Shown here: piece after piece, positions 9,846-20,957 of the stretch
Layout: each line of letters begins with the position of its first letter
Position numbering within the stretch: the first letter of the stretch is position 1
Virus record (IMG/VR): IMGVR_UViG_2663762648_000013
Length of the DNA stretch: 61,430 nucleotides
Source of the DNA: a virus
Taxonomy: Duplodnaviria > Heunggongvirae > Uroviricota > Caudoviricetes
Direction: 5' to 3' (one strand)
Made by a program: the position numbers and the translations under genes
Notes under the pieces: model-generated
Databases searched by the model: none
The model's input: only the letters and a program-made list of their open reading frames with translations
Told to the model about the DNA's origin: nothing

Positions 9846-10493
9846 TCAGCGACCAATCACCACAACCTGACCACCATCCCCTTCGTCTGCCGTGCTGATC
9901 TCCTGAGAAACCACACGTGACCCCACGCGCATTTCCCCGTACAGAACAGGCAGAACATTACCCTGGGCAACCATGTTATCCAGTGACGAGAAATACGTGT
10001 TCTGTTTGCCGTTATCTGTACTGGCTGCCGTGGGCGTCCTGGCTTTCGGTGCCAGCATCTGCGCCACACCACCCAGGATCATACTGGCCCCTGCTGCATA
10101 CATACCCGATACAGCCGCGGCCCCCAGCCAGCCCACAGGGTTCCACCATGCCACCGCAATCAGCGCCGCACCCAGCACTGCCTGAAAAATACCGCCACTT
10201 TTGGCACCCGCCAGACGCGGAACGATGTGGATCACGGCACCATTTGCCAGCGGTTCATTAAGACGGGCAGATAATTCATTTTCGCCTGCATCACGCCCGG
10301 CAATGCGCACCTGATACCAGCCGTCGCTCAGTTTCTGACGAAATGCCGGGAGCTGTGTGGCCAGTGCCCGGATGGCTTCGGCCCCCGTTTTCACACGAAG
10401 GTCGATGCGGCGGCCAAATCGCTGCAAATCCCCGTAAAGGCAGATGCGTGCCATGCCCGGTGACGCCAGAGGGAGTGTGTGCGTCGCTGCCAT
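9846..10493 (-). CDS. tail assembly protein I (lambda gpI-like)
   Basis: 215-aa ORF MAATHTLPLASPGMARICLYGDLQRFG... Confidence 0.8.
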   Translation of the reverse strand: MAATHTLPLASPGMARICLYGDLQRFGRRIDLRVKTGAEAIRALATQLPAFRQKLSDGWYQVRIAGRDAGENELSARLNEPLANGAVIHIVPRLAGAKSGGIFQAVLGAALIAVAWWNPVGWLGAAAVSGMYAAGASMILGGVAQMLAPKARTPTAASTDNGKQNTYFSSLDNMVAQGNVLPVLYGEMRVGSRVVSQEISTADEGDGGQVVVIGR

Positions 10494-10984
10494 TTGTCGG
10501 TGTACCTCTCTCGTTTACTCAGTTGTTCAGGAATATGGTGCAGCAGCTCGCCGTCACCACAGTAAATGGCGGCATGATTCGGCACCGATGAACCAAAACA
10601 GCACAGCAGCACGTCGCCAGGCTGCGCCTCTGTCAGTGGGACACGGTAAAAACCCGTTGCCTCCATATTGTCAAGATAGAGATTCTGGCCGTGACGCCAC
10701 CAGTCATCCCCGCGATGAAAATCCGGCATCTCAATTCCCGCCAGATGGTAAGCGTCCCGGAACAGCGTGTAACAGTCCGTCACCCCGTGCTCAAAGCGCC
10801 GCCCGGTGAGATGCGGCACACAGCGGAATTTATGAATCGCCCCCCGGCAGACCAGCCACCACGGCAAATCACTCTGCACCTGCAGCCGCCGGTCAGCCTC
10901 ACTCAGCCAGGGCAGACCACCGGGGTGGCTGTGGACCAGCGCCACAATCTCACCCTGCATCTCTGCCCGCAGCCAGTCCTCCGG
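10391..10984 (-). CDS. tail tip assembly protein K, C-terminal fragment (truncated at N 10985)
   Basis: NlpC/P60-like C-terminal part of K, overlaps I by ~100 nt as in the intact copy. Confidence 0.65.
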   Translation of the reverse strand, partial: PEDWLRAEMQGEIVALVHSHPGGLPWLSEADRRLQVQSDLPWWLVCRGAIHKFRCVPHLTGRRFEHGVTDCYTLFRDAYHLAGIEMPDFHRGDDWWRHGQNLYLDNMEATGFYRVPLTEAQPGDVLLCCFGSSVPNHAAIYCGDGELLHHIPEQLSKRERYTDKWQRRTHSLWRHRAWHASAFTGICSDLAAASTFV

Positions 10985-10985
10985 N

Positions 10986-11473
10986 AAGGCACCAGTACGC
11001 GCCCCACGCTGATGGTTTCTAACCTGTACGGTATGGTCACCGGGATGGCGGAAGATCTACAGAGTCTGGTCGGCGGAACGGTGGTCCGGCGTAAGGTTTA
11101 CGCCCGTTTTCTGGATGCGGTGAACTTCGTCAACGGAAACAGTGACGCCGATCCGGAGCAGGAGGTGATCAGCCGCTGGCGCATTGAGCAGTGCAGCGAA
11201 CTGAGCGCGGTGAGTGCCTCTTTTGTACTGTCCACGCCGACGGAAACAGATGGCGCTGTTTTTCCGGGACGTATCATGCTGGCCAACACCTGCACCTGGA
11301 CCTATCGCGGCGATGAGTGCGGTTATCACGGTCCGGCGGTCGCGGATGAATATGACCAGCCAACGTCCGACATCACGAAGGATAAATGCAGCAAATGCCT
11401 GAGTGGCTGTAAGTTTCGCAATAACGTCGGCAACTTTGGCGGCTTCCTTTCCATTAACAAACTTTCGCAGTAA
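10986..11473 (+). CDS. minor tail protein L, C-terminal fragment (begins after N 10985)
   Basis: Near-identical to the 3' part of L at 8396-9094. Confidence 0.65.
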
Positions 11474-11478
11474 ATCCC

Positions 11479-12222
11479 ATGACAGAGACAGAATCAGCGA
11501 TTCTGGCGCACGCCCGGCGATGTGCTCCAGCGGAGTCGTGCGGCTTCGTGGTAAGAACGCCGGAGGGGGAAAGATATTTCCCCTGCGTGAATATCTCCGG
11601 TGAGCCGGAGGCGTATTTCCGTATGTCGCCGGAAGACTGGCTGCAGGCAGAGATGCAGGGTGAGATTGTGGCGCTGGTCCACAGCCACCCCGGTGGTCTG
11701 CCCTGGCTGAGTGAGGCCGACCGGCGGCTGCAGGGGCAGAGTGATTTGTCGTGGTGGCTGGTCTGCCGCGGGGCGATTCACAAGTTCCGCTGTGTGCCGC
11801 ATCTCACCGGGCGGCGCTTTGAGCACGGGGTGACGGACTGTTACACGCTGTTCCGGGATGCTTACCATCTGGCGGGGATTGAGATGCCGGATTTTCATCG
11901 TGAGGATGACTGGTGGCGTCACGGTCAGAATCTCTATCTGGATAATCTGGAGGCCACAGGGCTGTATCAGGTGCCGTTGTCAGCGGCGCAGCCGGGCGAT
12001 GTGCTGCTGTGCTGTTTTGGTTCATCGGTGCCGAATCATGCCGCCATTTACTGTGGTGACGGCGAGCTGCTGCACCATATTCCTGAACAACTGAGCAAAC
12101 GAGAGAGGTATACCGACAAATGGCAGCGACGCACACACTCCCTCTGGCGTCACCGGGCATGGCACGCATCTGCCTTTACGGGGATTTGCAACGATTTGGC
12201 CGCCGCATCGACCTTCGTGTGA
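11479..12222 (+). CDS. tail tip assembly protein K (MPN/JAB + NlpC/P60), intact copy
   Basis: 247-aa ORF with HSHPGG (JAB) motif and Cys/His NlpC/P60-like C-terminus. Confidence 0.85.
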   Translation: MTETESAILAHARRCAPAESCGFVVRTPEGERYFPCVNISGEPEAYFRMSPEDWLQAEMQGEIVALVHSHPGGLPWLSEADRRLQGQSDLSWWLVCRGAIHKFRCVPHLTGRRFEHGVTDCYTLFRDAYHLAGIEMPDFHREDDWWRHGQNLYLDNLEATGLYQVPLSAAQPGDVLLCCFGSSVPNHAAIYCGDGELLHHIPEQLSKRERYTDKWQRRTHSLWRHRAWHASAFTGICNDLAAASTFV

Positions 12223-12441
12223 AAACGGGTGCCGAAGCCATCCGGGCGATGGCCACACAGCTCCCTGCGTTTCGTCAGAAGCTGAGCGACGGCTGGTATC
12301 AGGTGCGTATTGCCGGGCAGGATGTTAGCACGTCCGGATTAACGGCACAGTTACATGAGGCTCTGCCTGACGGCGCTGTGATTCATATTGTTCCCAGAGT
12401 CGCCGGGGCCAAGTCAGGTGGTGTATTCCAGATTGTCCTGG
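12120..12441 (+). CDS. tail assembly protein I, N-terminal fragment (truncated at N 12442)
   Basis: Duplicate of I start; sequence breaks at N. Confidence 0.55.
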
Positions 12442-12519
12442 NGCTGTGGACCAGTGCCACAATCTCACCCTGCATCTCTGCCTGCAGCCAGTCTTCCGGC
12501 GACATACGGAAATACGCCN

Positions 12520-12922
12520 TGAGCACGGGGTGACGGACTGTTACACGCTGTTCCGGGATGCTTACCATCTGGCGGGGATTGAGATGCCGGATTTTCATCG
12601 TGAGGATGACTGGTGGCGTCACGGTCAGAATCTCTATCTGGATAATCTGGAGGCCACAGGGCTGTATCAGGTGCCGTTGTCAGCGGCGCAGCCGGGCGAT
12701 GTGCTGCTGTGCTGTTTTGGTTCATCGGTGCCGAATCATGCCGCCATTTACTGTGGTGACGGCGAGCTGCTGCACCATATTCCTGAACAACTGAGCAAAC
12801 GAGAGAGGTATACCGACAAATGGCAGCGACGCACACACTCCCTCTGGCGTCACCGGGCATGGCACGCATCTGCCTTTACGGGGATTTGCAACGATTTGGC
12901 CGCCGCATCGACCTTCGTGTGA
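12520..12922 (+). CDS. tail tip assembly protein K, C-terminal fragment (after N 12519)
   Basis: Duplicate of 11830-12222. Confidence 0.55.
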
Positions 12923-13491
12923 AAACGGGTGCCGAAGCCATCCGGGCGATGGCCACACAGCTCCCTGCGTTTCGTCAGAAGCTGAGCGACGGCTGGTATC
13001 AGGTGCGTATTGCCGGGCAGGATGTTAGCACGTCCGGATTAACGGCACAGTTACATGAGGCTCTGCCTGACGGCGCTGTGATTCATATTGTTCCCAGAGT
13101 CGCCGGGGCCAAGTCAGGTGGTGTATTCCAGATTGTCCTGGGAGCAGCCGCCATTGCCGGATCATTCTTTACCGCCGGAGCCACCCTTGCAGCATGGGGG
13201 GCTGCCATTGGTGCCGGTGGTATGACCGGCATTCTGTTTTCTCTCGGTGCCAGTATGGTGCTCGGCGGTGTGGCTCAGATGCTGGCACCGAAAGCCAGAA
13301 CTCCCCGCACACAGACAACGGATAACGGTAAGCAGAACACCTATTTCTCCTCACTGGATAACATGGTTGCCCAGGGCAATGTTATGCCTGTTCTGTATGG
13401 TGAAATGCGCGTGGGGTCACGTGTGGTATCTCAGGAGATCAGCACGGCAGACGAAGGGGATGGTGGTCAGGTTGTGGTGATTGGTCGCTGA
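12820..13491 (+). CDS. tail assembly protein I (lambda gpI-like), intact copy
   Basis: 223-aa ORF with Gly/Ala-rich hydrophobic middle segment. Confidence 0.85.
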   Translation: MAATHTLPLASPGMARICLYGDLQRFGRRIDLRVKTGAEAIRAMATQLPAFRQKLSDGWYQVRIAGQDVSTSGLTAQLHEALPDGAVIHIVPRVAGAKSGGVFQIVLGAAAIAGSFFTAGATLAAWGAAIGAGGMTGILFSLGASMVLGGVAQMLAPKARTPRTQTTDNGKQNTYFSSLDNMVAQGNVMPVLYGEMRVGSRVVSQEISTADEGDGGQVVVIGR

Positions 13492-13551
13492 TGCAAAACA
13501 TTTTATGTGAAACCGCCTGCGGGCGGTTTTGTCGTTTATGGAGCGTGACGA

Positions 13552-13790
13552 ATGGGTAAAGGCAGCAGTAAGGGGCATACCCCGCGCGAAGCGAAGGACA
13601 ACCTGAAGTCCACGCAGCTGCTGAGTGTGATCGATGCCATCAGCGAAGGGCCGGTTGAAGGTCCGGTGGATGGATTAAAAAGCGTGCTGCTGAACAGTAC
13701 GCCGGTGCTGGACAGTGAGGGGAATACCAACATCTCCGGCGTCACGGTGGTGTTCCGGGCAGGTGAGCAGGAGCAGTCACCGCCGGAGGG
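13552..13790 (+). CDS. tail tip protein J, N-terminal fragment (truncated at N 13791)
   Basis: MGKGSSKGHTPREAKDNLK...; preceded by hairpin aaaccgcctgcgggcggtttt. Confidence 0.65.
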
Positions 13791-13791
13791 N

Positions 13792-14267
13792 TCCGTTTCC
13801 GTCGGCGTGGACAGTACAAAGGAGGCACTCACCGCGCTCAGTTCGCTGCACTGCTCGATGCGCCAGCGGCTGATCACCTCCTGCTCCGGATCGGCGTCAC
13901 TGTTTCCGTTGACGAAGTTCACCGCATCCAGAAAACGGGCGTAAACCTTACGCCTGACCACCGTTCCGCCGACCAGACTCTGCAGGTCTTCCGCCATCCC
14001 GGTGACCATGCCGTGCAGATTAGAGACTTTCAGCGTTGGCCTTGCACTGGCACCTTTGCCGTTCATCTCAAATCCACTCCCCTGAATGGGATAGGCCTGA
14101 TACTGCCGACTCTGCCAGGTGACAGACTCTCCTTTCTCGTTCTGCTCATTGCAGAAAAAGTAGCGATCCCCGCCTACCTCGGTCAGGTCGATTTCCCAGA
14201 GCACCACGCTGGCCGACTGCTCCGCACGAATGCATTCATTCAGCGTTTCCTGTTGTATGTCCTGCAT
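13792..14267 (-). CDS. minor tail protein L, N-terminal part (second prophage; truncated at N 13791)
   Basis: Minus-strand [25 protein letters not shown]... Confidence 0.7.
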
Positions 14268-14605
14268 CAGATCACCACTTCGTCAAACTGACACGAAAAA
14301 TCGGTATAGGTGATATGTTCTGTCGCTGACCACGTTCGACACACCACTCTGATTTTTCTGTTAATACCCGGCGGGCGCCAAAAAAAAGATTTATAGCCTT
14401 CATGCCGGGCTAAAAATTTTTCAAATGAATCACGTTCATTCGCCTCAACTTTGAAATCACAGGTGAAAACGCGCAGAGAATGATTAAGTCCATTTGGACT
14501 TCGTTGCTCATAACCATCACCAAATCTTACAGTTTTTATCGATGGTTTATTTTCTGTTTTCATTCCATCCTCTGGTAACCAGTGAAATTCTTCCGTATTA
14601 GCCAC
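14267..14605 (-). CDS. minor tail protein M (lambda gpM-like)
   Basis: 112-aa ORF with FGDGYEQR motif; follows tape measure. Confidence 0.8.
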   Translation of the reverse strand: MANTEEFHWLPEDGMKTENKPSIKTVRFGDGYEQRSPNGLNHSLRVFTCDFKVEANERDSFEKFLARHEGYKSFFWRPPGINRKIRVVCRTWSATEHITYTDFSCQFDEVVI

Positions 14606-17600
14606 TTAACATTCCCCCATCACGTCGCATATTTAACAGATTGCCCTGCACCCGCTGATCAACCATCCCCATAAGTGCTTTTATTGCCTGAGGGCCAATC
14701 TCTCCATTCTGGCCGTCATTTTGAATAGTGATTTGGTATACAGGGGCATAGGTAATATCTCCGCCTCCATTACCACTTTTACTATTAATAGCTCTGACAC
14801 CAAGAGAACCATCGGAAGTTCGTGTTAATGGCATAATGGCTTCCGGTCCAGCCTCACCAAAAACACCAGCCCCTTTTGCAAAAGCAAAAAATTGCGGGGA
14901 ATCATAAATACCGTTCGAATACGTGCTCAATGACGGAGACTCATAAACACCGCCCTTTGCATTCGGAATAAATTTACTAATAGCACTCCCGATAGTTCCT
15001 AAAATCCCCCCAGAAGAACTGTTACTAATGCTGTCGAAAATCCCAGTAATTGAAGCCTTTAATGCTATTCGACTAAGATCCGAAATCACGGAAGTAGCGA
15101 AAGAACGAAAATTTGCCTTGCCTGTCGTGACAAAATCACCCAGCGCATCGGTCATCCCATCAAACATCTGAGTCGTGGTTGATTTTATCTGCTCACTGAT
15201 ATCCTTAGTGTCATCCAGCCAGTTATTGAATCCCTGGGAGGCACCACTAACCCAGTCTCCTGCCTGAATATCGAGCTGCTCGTTTTTCTGTCTGACAATT
15301 TCTTTTTCCCGTTCCAGAGCATCATTCAGAGCCTGCATTTTCTCTTGAAAAACATGATCTGACATTCCACGGGATTTATCTGCATAGTCACGTTCAAGTT
15401 GCAGACGCTGATTGTTATATCCATGTTCAATCCGCAGTAATTCCTGCTGGCGTTGCTGATTTTTATCGCCAACCCCATAACCAGCAATCTGAATATCATA
15501 CCCCTGCTGACGATTATCAATCGAAGCCTGCAATGAATCACGCCATGCTGTTATTTCGGCGGATTCCTTGATTAGCCTGTTATTTTTTTCAATCGCAACA
15601 TTTTTCTCCATCAACGTGGTTATTTCTTCCCGGTGTAAGAGAAGCGATTTCTGATCCTGGGTTAATTTCGATGATGGTCGTGACTCTAGGTCGGCAATCC
15701 GCTGACGCCACTTAACCAGTTCCTGTTCAGAGGAACTTAATTTAACGGTCAACTCAGCTTGTGAACTTAGTAACGCATTCTGTTGATTCAGATGATCAAT
15801 CATTCGTTGGGCTGCATCATCAGAATAACCTTTCGCCTTTGGTTGCTTTGGATCTTTATAACGCTCATTTATTTGAGCGATAAGATTATTATATTCTTCC
15901 TTTGAATACTGATTCTTTAGCTTTTCCAGTTTTGCAAGTTCACTAGCTCTCTGCTGCTCCCGGGTCTGATATTGTTTTGAAAAGGCATCTGCTCTCTGTC
16001 TGAGTTCAATTCCTTCCTGTTGTCGCTTGTTGTAATCGTTTATTGATGAATTTAGTACGTCCTGAGCAATTTTTTCTGCTTGAAGTACGCCCAATTGCTG
16101 CTTTAATCGTGCCAGCCTTTTATTTTGAGCTCCGCCATCTCCAATGCCACCTAACCCGAAAACTCCGGGTCGGGTATTTTTTTCTATTTCATCAATTTGA
16201 CGGAGAACATCTGAGATTTTTTGATCAAGGGAGGCCTCACGGCCAATATCCAGCATGGAATCCCATGCCCATTTTGCGGAGTCTGCGACAGCTTTCCATG
16301 CAGTCTCAAGATAACCAAGATTTTCTTTAATCTGGTTGGTGCGCTGGATCATTGAGGATGAGTATTCTTCTGTCGCAATGCGGGCGGCCTCCTGCTGGTT
16401 CCCTTCATCCTGTAGCGCCTTAATCTGGTTATAAGTCGCAAGTGTCAGAAAATGGTACTGATCATTAAGTTTTGATATGGCACTGACAGGATCCTTTGCA
16501 ATTTCATTGAAGTCATTAACCAGTTGTTCGGTTGATATTCCTGTTACTTCGCTCGTTTTTACTATCGCTGTCGTCACTTGCTCCAGCGAACTGCTCGCTA
16601 CCTTTCCCGAACGCACAAGCTGATTTAATACTGCCGCCGCAGCACCAGTTGTCGAATCAGCCGCATTCCCGGCACGTTGAGCTATATCGCCCAATTGCCC
16701 GCTGGTTGTCCCCAACTGATTTCCGGTAAGAATAAGAGATTTATTAAATTCGTCCTGCTCCTGAGAGCCTTTATAGTAAGCCAGTCCTAAGACCCCAACG
16801 GCTGCTGCGGCCAGGGTAAAAGGATTAATTAATCCCAGCACATAAGAACCTACACCTTTGATCGCCGGGCCAATCCCACCGAACATATCTTTTAGCTGGC
16901 CGCCCTGCTGCATTAACACCATAAATGGCGACTGACCAGTGGACAACCCAACAACAATATCCGTCATTTGTACAGGCAACATGCGCATAGCAAAAGCCGT
17001 TTGTTTTGCCGACATTCCGGTTTTGCTTAATTGTGATTGAGTAACCTCAAGCTCACTCCGCATAGCACGAAGTTTTCCAGAAAGCTCCTCATACATTTCA
17101 GGAGAAAGCATCCCCTTAGCTTTTGCTTCATTGAGCTGTTTCTGTTGTTCTACCAGACGATTAAAAGCAGTTCCGACAGGATCAAGTTGAGCAATCAGAC
17201 GTTGCAAAGCAACAACCTGTTCATCATGCGCTTTTGCTGCTTCTCGCTCTGCCTGAGCCTCTCCGGTAAGCTCTCGCCGTGTTTCCTGTATTTTTCGGCT
17301 ATAATTCTCAAACTGAGAACCATTTATTTTCCCGGATGCAAACGCAGCATTAAGTTCATCATGCTGTTGTTCAAGATTTCTTAGCGCCGCAGCCAGAGGG
17401 TCGATCTTGTCCAGCATTCTTTGAAAGGCCTGAGCCTGCGCTTCCTGCTGGGCGGCAGCAAGTTTTCCGGCCTTCTCGGCTTCTCTCTGCGCTTGCGCAA
17501 CCCCGCTCAATTCCTCTGTGGTTTCATTAAGTTTACGGACAAGAAATTCATATTCTTCTTTATCAATAAGCCCTTTATCGAAAAATTTCTTTAATTCAGA

Positions 17601-17831
17601 ATAGCGTCGACCGACAGTATCAATTGCGGCACCAACTGGATCAATAGCTGCTTTTAATTTTGCGAGCGCGTTCTTCTCATCTTCTGTTGCCTTAGTCACT
17701 TTCCCTGCGCTATTTGCAGCAGTTTCCCCAGCCTGCGTCATTTTGACTAATGAGGAGGTCAGATTGTCAGCATTATTTTTCGCTCCAGTGCTATCAATAA
17801 TTATTGCGAGACGCGAGGTTTGCTCTGCCAT
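14598..17831 (-). CDS. tail tape measure protein
   Basis: 1077-aa coiled-coil-rich ORF; SD GGAG upstream. Confidence 0.9.
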   Translation of the reverse strand: MAEQTSRLAIIIDSTGAKNNADNLTSSLVKMTQAGETAANSAGKVTKATEDEKNALAKLKAAIDPVGAAIDTVGRRYSELKKFFDKGLIDKEEYEFLVRKLNETTEELSGVAQAQREAEKAGKLAAAQQEAQAQAFQRMLDKIDPLAAALRNLEQQHDELNAAFASGKINGSQFENYSRKIQETRRELTGEAQAEREAAKAHDEQVVALQRLIAQLDPVGTAFNRLVEQQKQLNEAKAKGMLSPEMYEELSGKLRAMRSELEVTQSQLSKTGMSAKQTAFAMRMLPVQMTDIVVGLSTGQSPFMVLMQQGGQLKDMFGGIGPAIKGVGSYVLGLINPFTLAAAAVGVLGLAYYKGSQEQDEFNKSLILTGNQLGTTSGQLGDIAQRAGNAADSTTGAAAAVLNQLVRSGKVASSSLEQVTTAIVKTSEVTGISTEQLVNDFNEIAKDPVSAISKLNDQYHFLTLATYNQIKALQDEGNQQEAARIATEEYSSSMIQRTNQIKENLGYLETAWKAVADSAKWAWDSMLDIGREASLDQKISDVLRQIDEIEKNTRPGVFGLGGIGDGGAQNKRLARLKQQLGVLQAEKIAQDVLNSSINDYNKRQQEGIELRQRADAFSKQYQTREQQRASELAKLEKLKNQYSKEEYNNLIAQINERYKDPKQPKAKGYSDDAAQRMIDHLNQQNALLSSQAELTVKLSSSEQELVKWRQRIADLESRPSSKLTQDQKSLLLHREEITTLMEKNVAIEKNNRLIKESAEITAWRDSLQASIDNRQQGYDIQIAGYGVGDKNQQRQQELLRIEHGYNNQRLQLERDYADKSRGMSDHVFQEKMQALNDALEREKEIVRQKNEQLDIQAGDWVSGASQGFNNWLDDTKDISEQIKSTTTQMFDGMTDALGDFVTTGKANFRSFATSVISDLSRIALKASITGIFDSISNSSSGGILGTIGSAISKFIPNAKGGVYESPSLSTYSNGIYDSPQFFAFAKGAGVFGEAGPEAIMPLTRTSDGSLGVRAINSKSGNGGGDITYAPVYQITIQNDGQNGEIGPQAIKALMGMVDQRVQGNLLNMRRDGGMLSG

Positions 17832-17852
17832 TTATTAAAACTCCTGACAACA

Positions 17853-17877
17853 AAAAACCCACCGCGAAGTGGGTTTC
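17853..17877 (-). terminator. terminator-like hairpin in spacer between T and tape measure genes
   Basis: Minus strand: aaacccac-ttcgcg-gtgggttt followed by TTTTTG. Confidence 0.35.
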
Positions 17878-17996
17878 AGGCGACATAATAGTAGATATAG
17901 CGATTACGAGGCCACGCAATGCTTTTCTCCAGGAGCATCATCGATTTAATTAAAGACACCATCACATCTCTGTAACAGAGTGTACGTAATTAACAA

Positions 17997-18766
17997 CTAC
18001 ACACACTGCTCCTGAAAATACTGGTCATCCAGTGCAAAGATCACTGCTTCAAATTCATCGCGCTCAATCAATACCGGATGAGTGGCTAAATATTCATTTA
18101 TCTCTGTCAGAGATAAAGGCAAAGGCACCCCAGCCATTCCAGCATAACGTCGGGCACGGGATATTACCGAATAGGCGTACAACAACTCCTTAAGCACCGG
18201 GTCTATTTCTGGTTCCGGTATCGGTGGCAACCTGAGTTTTTCTCGCTTCCATCTTGCCTTTTCCCCCCTTTCTCCCCCGAACTCCGATAACCACCGCTGG
18301 GCAGCTATGGCTTTTTTATCGTATCCTGCTTCTGCTGCTCTTTACCCTGGGCGATGCTGGCTGCTTCTGCAAGGATCTGCCAGTACAACTCTGGATTCTG
18401 CTTAAGCAGCGCGATCCCTCGTTCTGCCGTATATTCCAGTGCAACCTCAACACCATTAACCAGTTCACCAACCCCTTTCCAGTCTTTCAGCAGATAACGA
18501 GCGGCATTATCAATGAGTAAATCATCAACAGAATCCACCTCGGAAACCTTTGAAATATCAAACTCCTTCGTTCCGACGTGCAAACTGGCATCCATTTTCT
18601 CAATGTGGCGACGGATTAATGCATTACGGGAGCGATACTGATCGTTATCGCTGCTTGCCACCAACAGTTTTAACCCGTCTACAGGTTTTAAGTCCTTCAT
18701 TGGCGTAAACCAGCGTTCTCCACCAATGATAATTTTCTGATTAAGAATAAACATCCATAACCTCAT
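17997..18766 (-). CDS. tail assembly chaperone G-T fusion, predicted -1 frameshift at A_AAA_AAG (18311-18317)
   Basis: Hand translation shows the -1 frame is continuous from the heptamer into the downstream ORF ending at 17997. Confidence 0.6.
18305..18766 (-). CDS. tail assembly chaperone (gpG-like)
   Basis: 153-aa ORF ending ...ATA AAA AAG CCA TAG. Confidence 0.7.
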   Translation of the reverse strand: MRLWMFILNQKIIIGGERWFTPMKDLKPVDGLKLLVASSDNDQYRSRNALIRRHIEKMDASLHVGTKEFDISKVSEVDSVDDLLIDNAARYLLKDWKGVGELVNGVEVALEYTAERGIALLKQNPELYWQILAEAASIAQGKEQQKQDTIKKP

Positions 18767-18814
18767 TCAATGCGTCCCCCTGTAGGGCAGTACCACAGGA
18801 GGAATAACGGAAAA

Positions 18815-19777
18815 TCAACTAATCGCCTCAGCACTGGCTTTTGCGATCACGGCAGCCGGGGAATTTTTTTTTCTGGTTATCGTAGGTGCTTCATCTGCTG
18901 CGGTAATGCTCAATTGAACCTGGATAATGTCGCTATTACCCCCATCAGGCCATTCACCTGACACCTGAACCTTCGGGAAACTGAAAGTGTATGCCCCCTC
19001 TCCATTCGAAAGCGTGAAGCTGAACGGAACTGTTTCTCCAGTCAGTGTTTTACTCCAGATTTCCCACGCGGCTTTAGACCATGAAAGCGTCACCGTACCG
19101 GACGGTGTAAAAGTAGTCGGAATATTTGCTCCTGCATAAGGCGAGCCAGTCCCGATACAACGCTGTGTCTGGAGTTTGTTATCGAACTGAATATCAAAAC
19201 TGTCGATACAAAAACCGTTACCTCCGGCAACACCATTCAGGCTTACTGCTGAAACCTCCTTAAACGAATAACGTAGCTTTCCTGCACTATCCACAGGTTC
19301 GCCTTTGATAAAATTCGTATCATCGGCCTTTGATTCCCAGTCCAGTCCGGCAAAGGTTACGGTCGCTGTAATATCGCCGTCGTTAGGGATCTGCATTTTC
19401 CATGAGCCAACCTGCGCTCCTCTGACGACAGAGGCAATTCCGACATCGGACGCATAGGTCGCCAGAGAAAATGTTATTCGCTCATTCCCCATTGTCAGAG
19501 AATCGCCTGACCATTCCGCGCCGAAACAGGATGCAAGAAAATCATCATGTTGACCCCAGCGAAATTTGGTACCAACATCACCGCCGACATCCACAGTGCC
19601 AGGCGTCGCCCCCTGAGCCATCCGGGAGCCACCAATCTCATTATTTTCGCCTTTATTCTGGGTGGGTTTTACTCCCCAGCTTGTGCGTTTTAATAAACTC
19701 CAGTCACCACTTGCTGGCGTAGTGCCTGCAACCGTCTCCCGGATAAATGCCGAGATAACCTTTGCACCTGAACTCAC
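18815..19777 (-). CDS. major tail protein (lambda gpV-like, with Ig-like C-terminus)
   Basis: 320-aa ORF; position between terminator protein and chaperone. Confidence 0.75.
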   Translation of the reverse strand: MSSGAKVISAFIRETVAGTTPASGDWSLLKRTSWGVKPTQNKGENNEIGGSRMAQGATPGTVDVGGDVGTKFRWGQHDDFLASCFGAEWSGDSLTMGNERITFSLATYASDVGIASVVRGAQVGSWKMQIPNDGDITATVTFAGLDWESKADDTNFIKGEPVDSAGKLRYSFKEVSAVSLNGVAGGNGFCIDSFDIQFDNKLQTQRCIGTGSPYAGANIPTTFTPSGTVTLSWSKAAWEIWSKTLTGETVPFSFTLSNGEGAYTFSFPKVQVSGEWPDGGNSDIIQVQLSITAADEAPTITRKKNSPAAVIAKASAEAIS

Positions 19778-19803
19778 AGGAGCCTCCTATGTCATTAATT
19801 GCG

Positions 19804-20196
19804 CTAGAGCGCGCGATATGGAATTTGAAGATTAAGCTGGAACCAGCCATTCTTTTCGCCAACGGCTATTGAGGAAACAGCCTGGTAACTGAGACGATCG
19901 TCATCCTGAAACTCAAACAGTTCCCGCAATTTATCGGCTGTCTCAGTAATGAGTTTTGAACCAGAACCTGCGGGGACAAATAACTGAATAATGATTATCC
20001 CCGTGCGATAAACAACCGGCCCCGCGCCAATTTCATTAACTCCAGCCTGCCCGGGAATATTACTTAACCGCGCCCAGATTAACTTACCGGAAGGATCGAA
20101 CGTTGGCCCGTTCGGATACAATACGTCTTTTCCATCAATAATCGTCTGTGCCGTCATTCTGGAAATAACCGTATTTCTGATTTCAGTAAACTTCAT
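19804..20196 (-). CDS. tail terminator protein (gpU-like)
   Basis: 130-aa ORF in conserved position. Confidence 0.5.
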   Translation of the reverse strand: MKFTEIRNTVISRMTAQTIIDGKDVLYPNGPTFDPSGKLIWARLSNIPGQAGVNEIGAGPVVYRTGIIIIQLFVPAGSGSKLITETADKLRELFEFQDDDRLSYQAVSSIAVGEKNGWFQLNLQIPYRAL

Positions 20197-20573
20197 TTGT
20201 AAGCCTGTAAAACACCATGAAAAGCGTTGGCATACACGCCAGTTGGCGCTTGTTGTGAATGACCGTTTTCAAGAGCCTCTGCATAAGGAAGGTTATTCTG
20301 GATATAAATAACCCCGTAATTTGCAGCTTTCGAAATAACCCCGATCCCACGCTGAACAGCAATCGTACCGTTCGGATCCACGTTATCAGATATACCAAAA
20401 TCGGGATGCTGTAACGACACCAGGTTGTTATTTCTGAAACGTCCGGTATCAACCGGAGCAGCAATATCAATAGCAGTAAGAATCTGCATAGCGATGTAGC
20501 GAATCTTCAGCCCTACATCTTCCTCAATCATCCCGGCAAATATTGACGGTTCTATATCCCATGCCTTTGCCAT
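20193..20573 (-). CDS. HK97 gp10-family tail completion protein
   Basis: 126-aa ORF with PVDTGRFRNN motif typical of the gp10 family. Confidence 0.55.
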   Translation of the reverse strand: MAKAWDIEPSIFAGMIEEDVGLKIRYIAMQILTAIDIAAPVDTGRFRNNNLVSLQHPDFGISDNVDPNGTIAVQRGIGVISKAANYGVIYIQNNLPYAEALENGHSQQAPTGVYANAFHGVLQAYK

Positions 20574-20957
20574 TTACGCTCTCCTTAACTGGATAGAGTA
20601 AACTGATGCGGAAGGATCTACACTTGCTGTAATTACCTCGTATCGTTGTAACTGCCTTGATACAGGATCATAAATCTCAATAATATGGTCGACAGCTGGT
20701 TTATCCGTAACCTCGCATACCAGAGCGGTTAATTTAAGGTCACCATGCAAAATATTAATCCCATCAATTCTGCCCAGCTTATAACGTGTCAACACGCCTC
20801 GCCCGGTATAGATTGCGGTGGATTCGCCGCCAGTTTCCGTCACAGGATCCCAGTGCCGGTGCGTAACGTAAGAACCAGAAAAATCACTCACGGCGTCCGC
20901 TAAATCCTCATCAAAAGCAGCGGCAACCTCTGACTGAATCTCTTCACGAAGCCCCAT
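20574..20957 (-). CDS. head closure / head-tail joining protein
   Basis: 127-aa ORF; assignment by position. Confidence 0.45.
   Translation of the reverse strand: MGLREEIQSEVAAAFDEDLADAVSDFSGSYVTHRHWDPVTETGGESTAIYTGRGVLTRYKLGRIDGINILHGDLKLTALVCEVTDKPAVDHIIEIYDPVSRQLQRYEVITASVDPSASVYSIQLRRA

Noticed and set aside
10691-11473. 260-aa ORF spanning N at 10985
   Set aside because: It is an artefactual fusion of antisense K sequence with the 3' part of L across an assembly N; only the L fragment (10986-11473) is credible.
12120-12222. About 100-nt overlap between tail genes K and I (also 10391-10493)
   Set aside because: The overlap is identical in every copy here and appears to be the normal K/I arrangement in lambda-like tail-tip operons, so it is neither an error nor a novelty.
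9100-14267. Repeated near-identical segments that could look like a repeat array
   Set aside because: The repeats are kilobase-scale duplicated protein-coding genes (L, K, I, J), not short direct repeats with unique spacers; this is not a CRISPR array.
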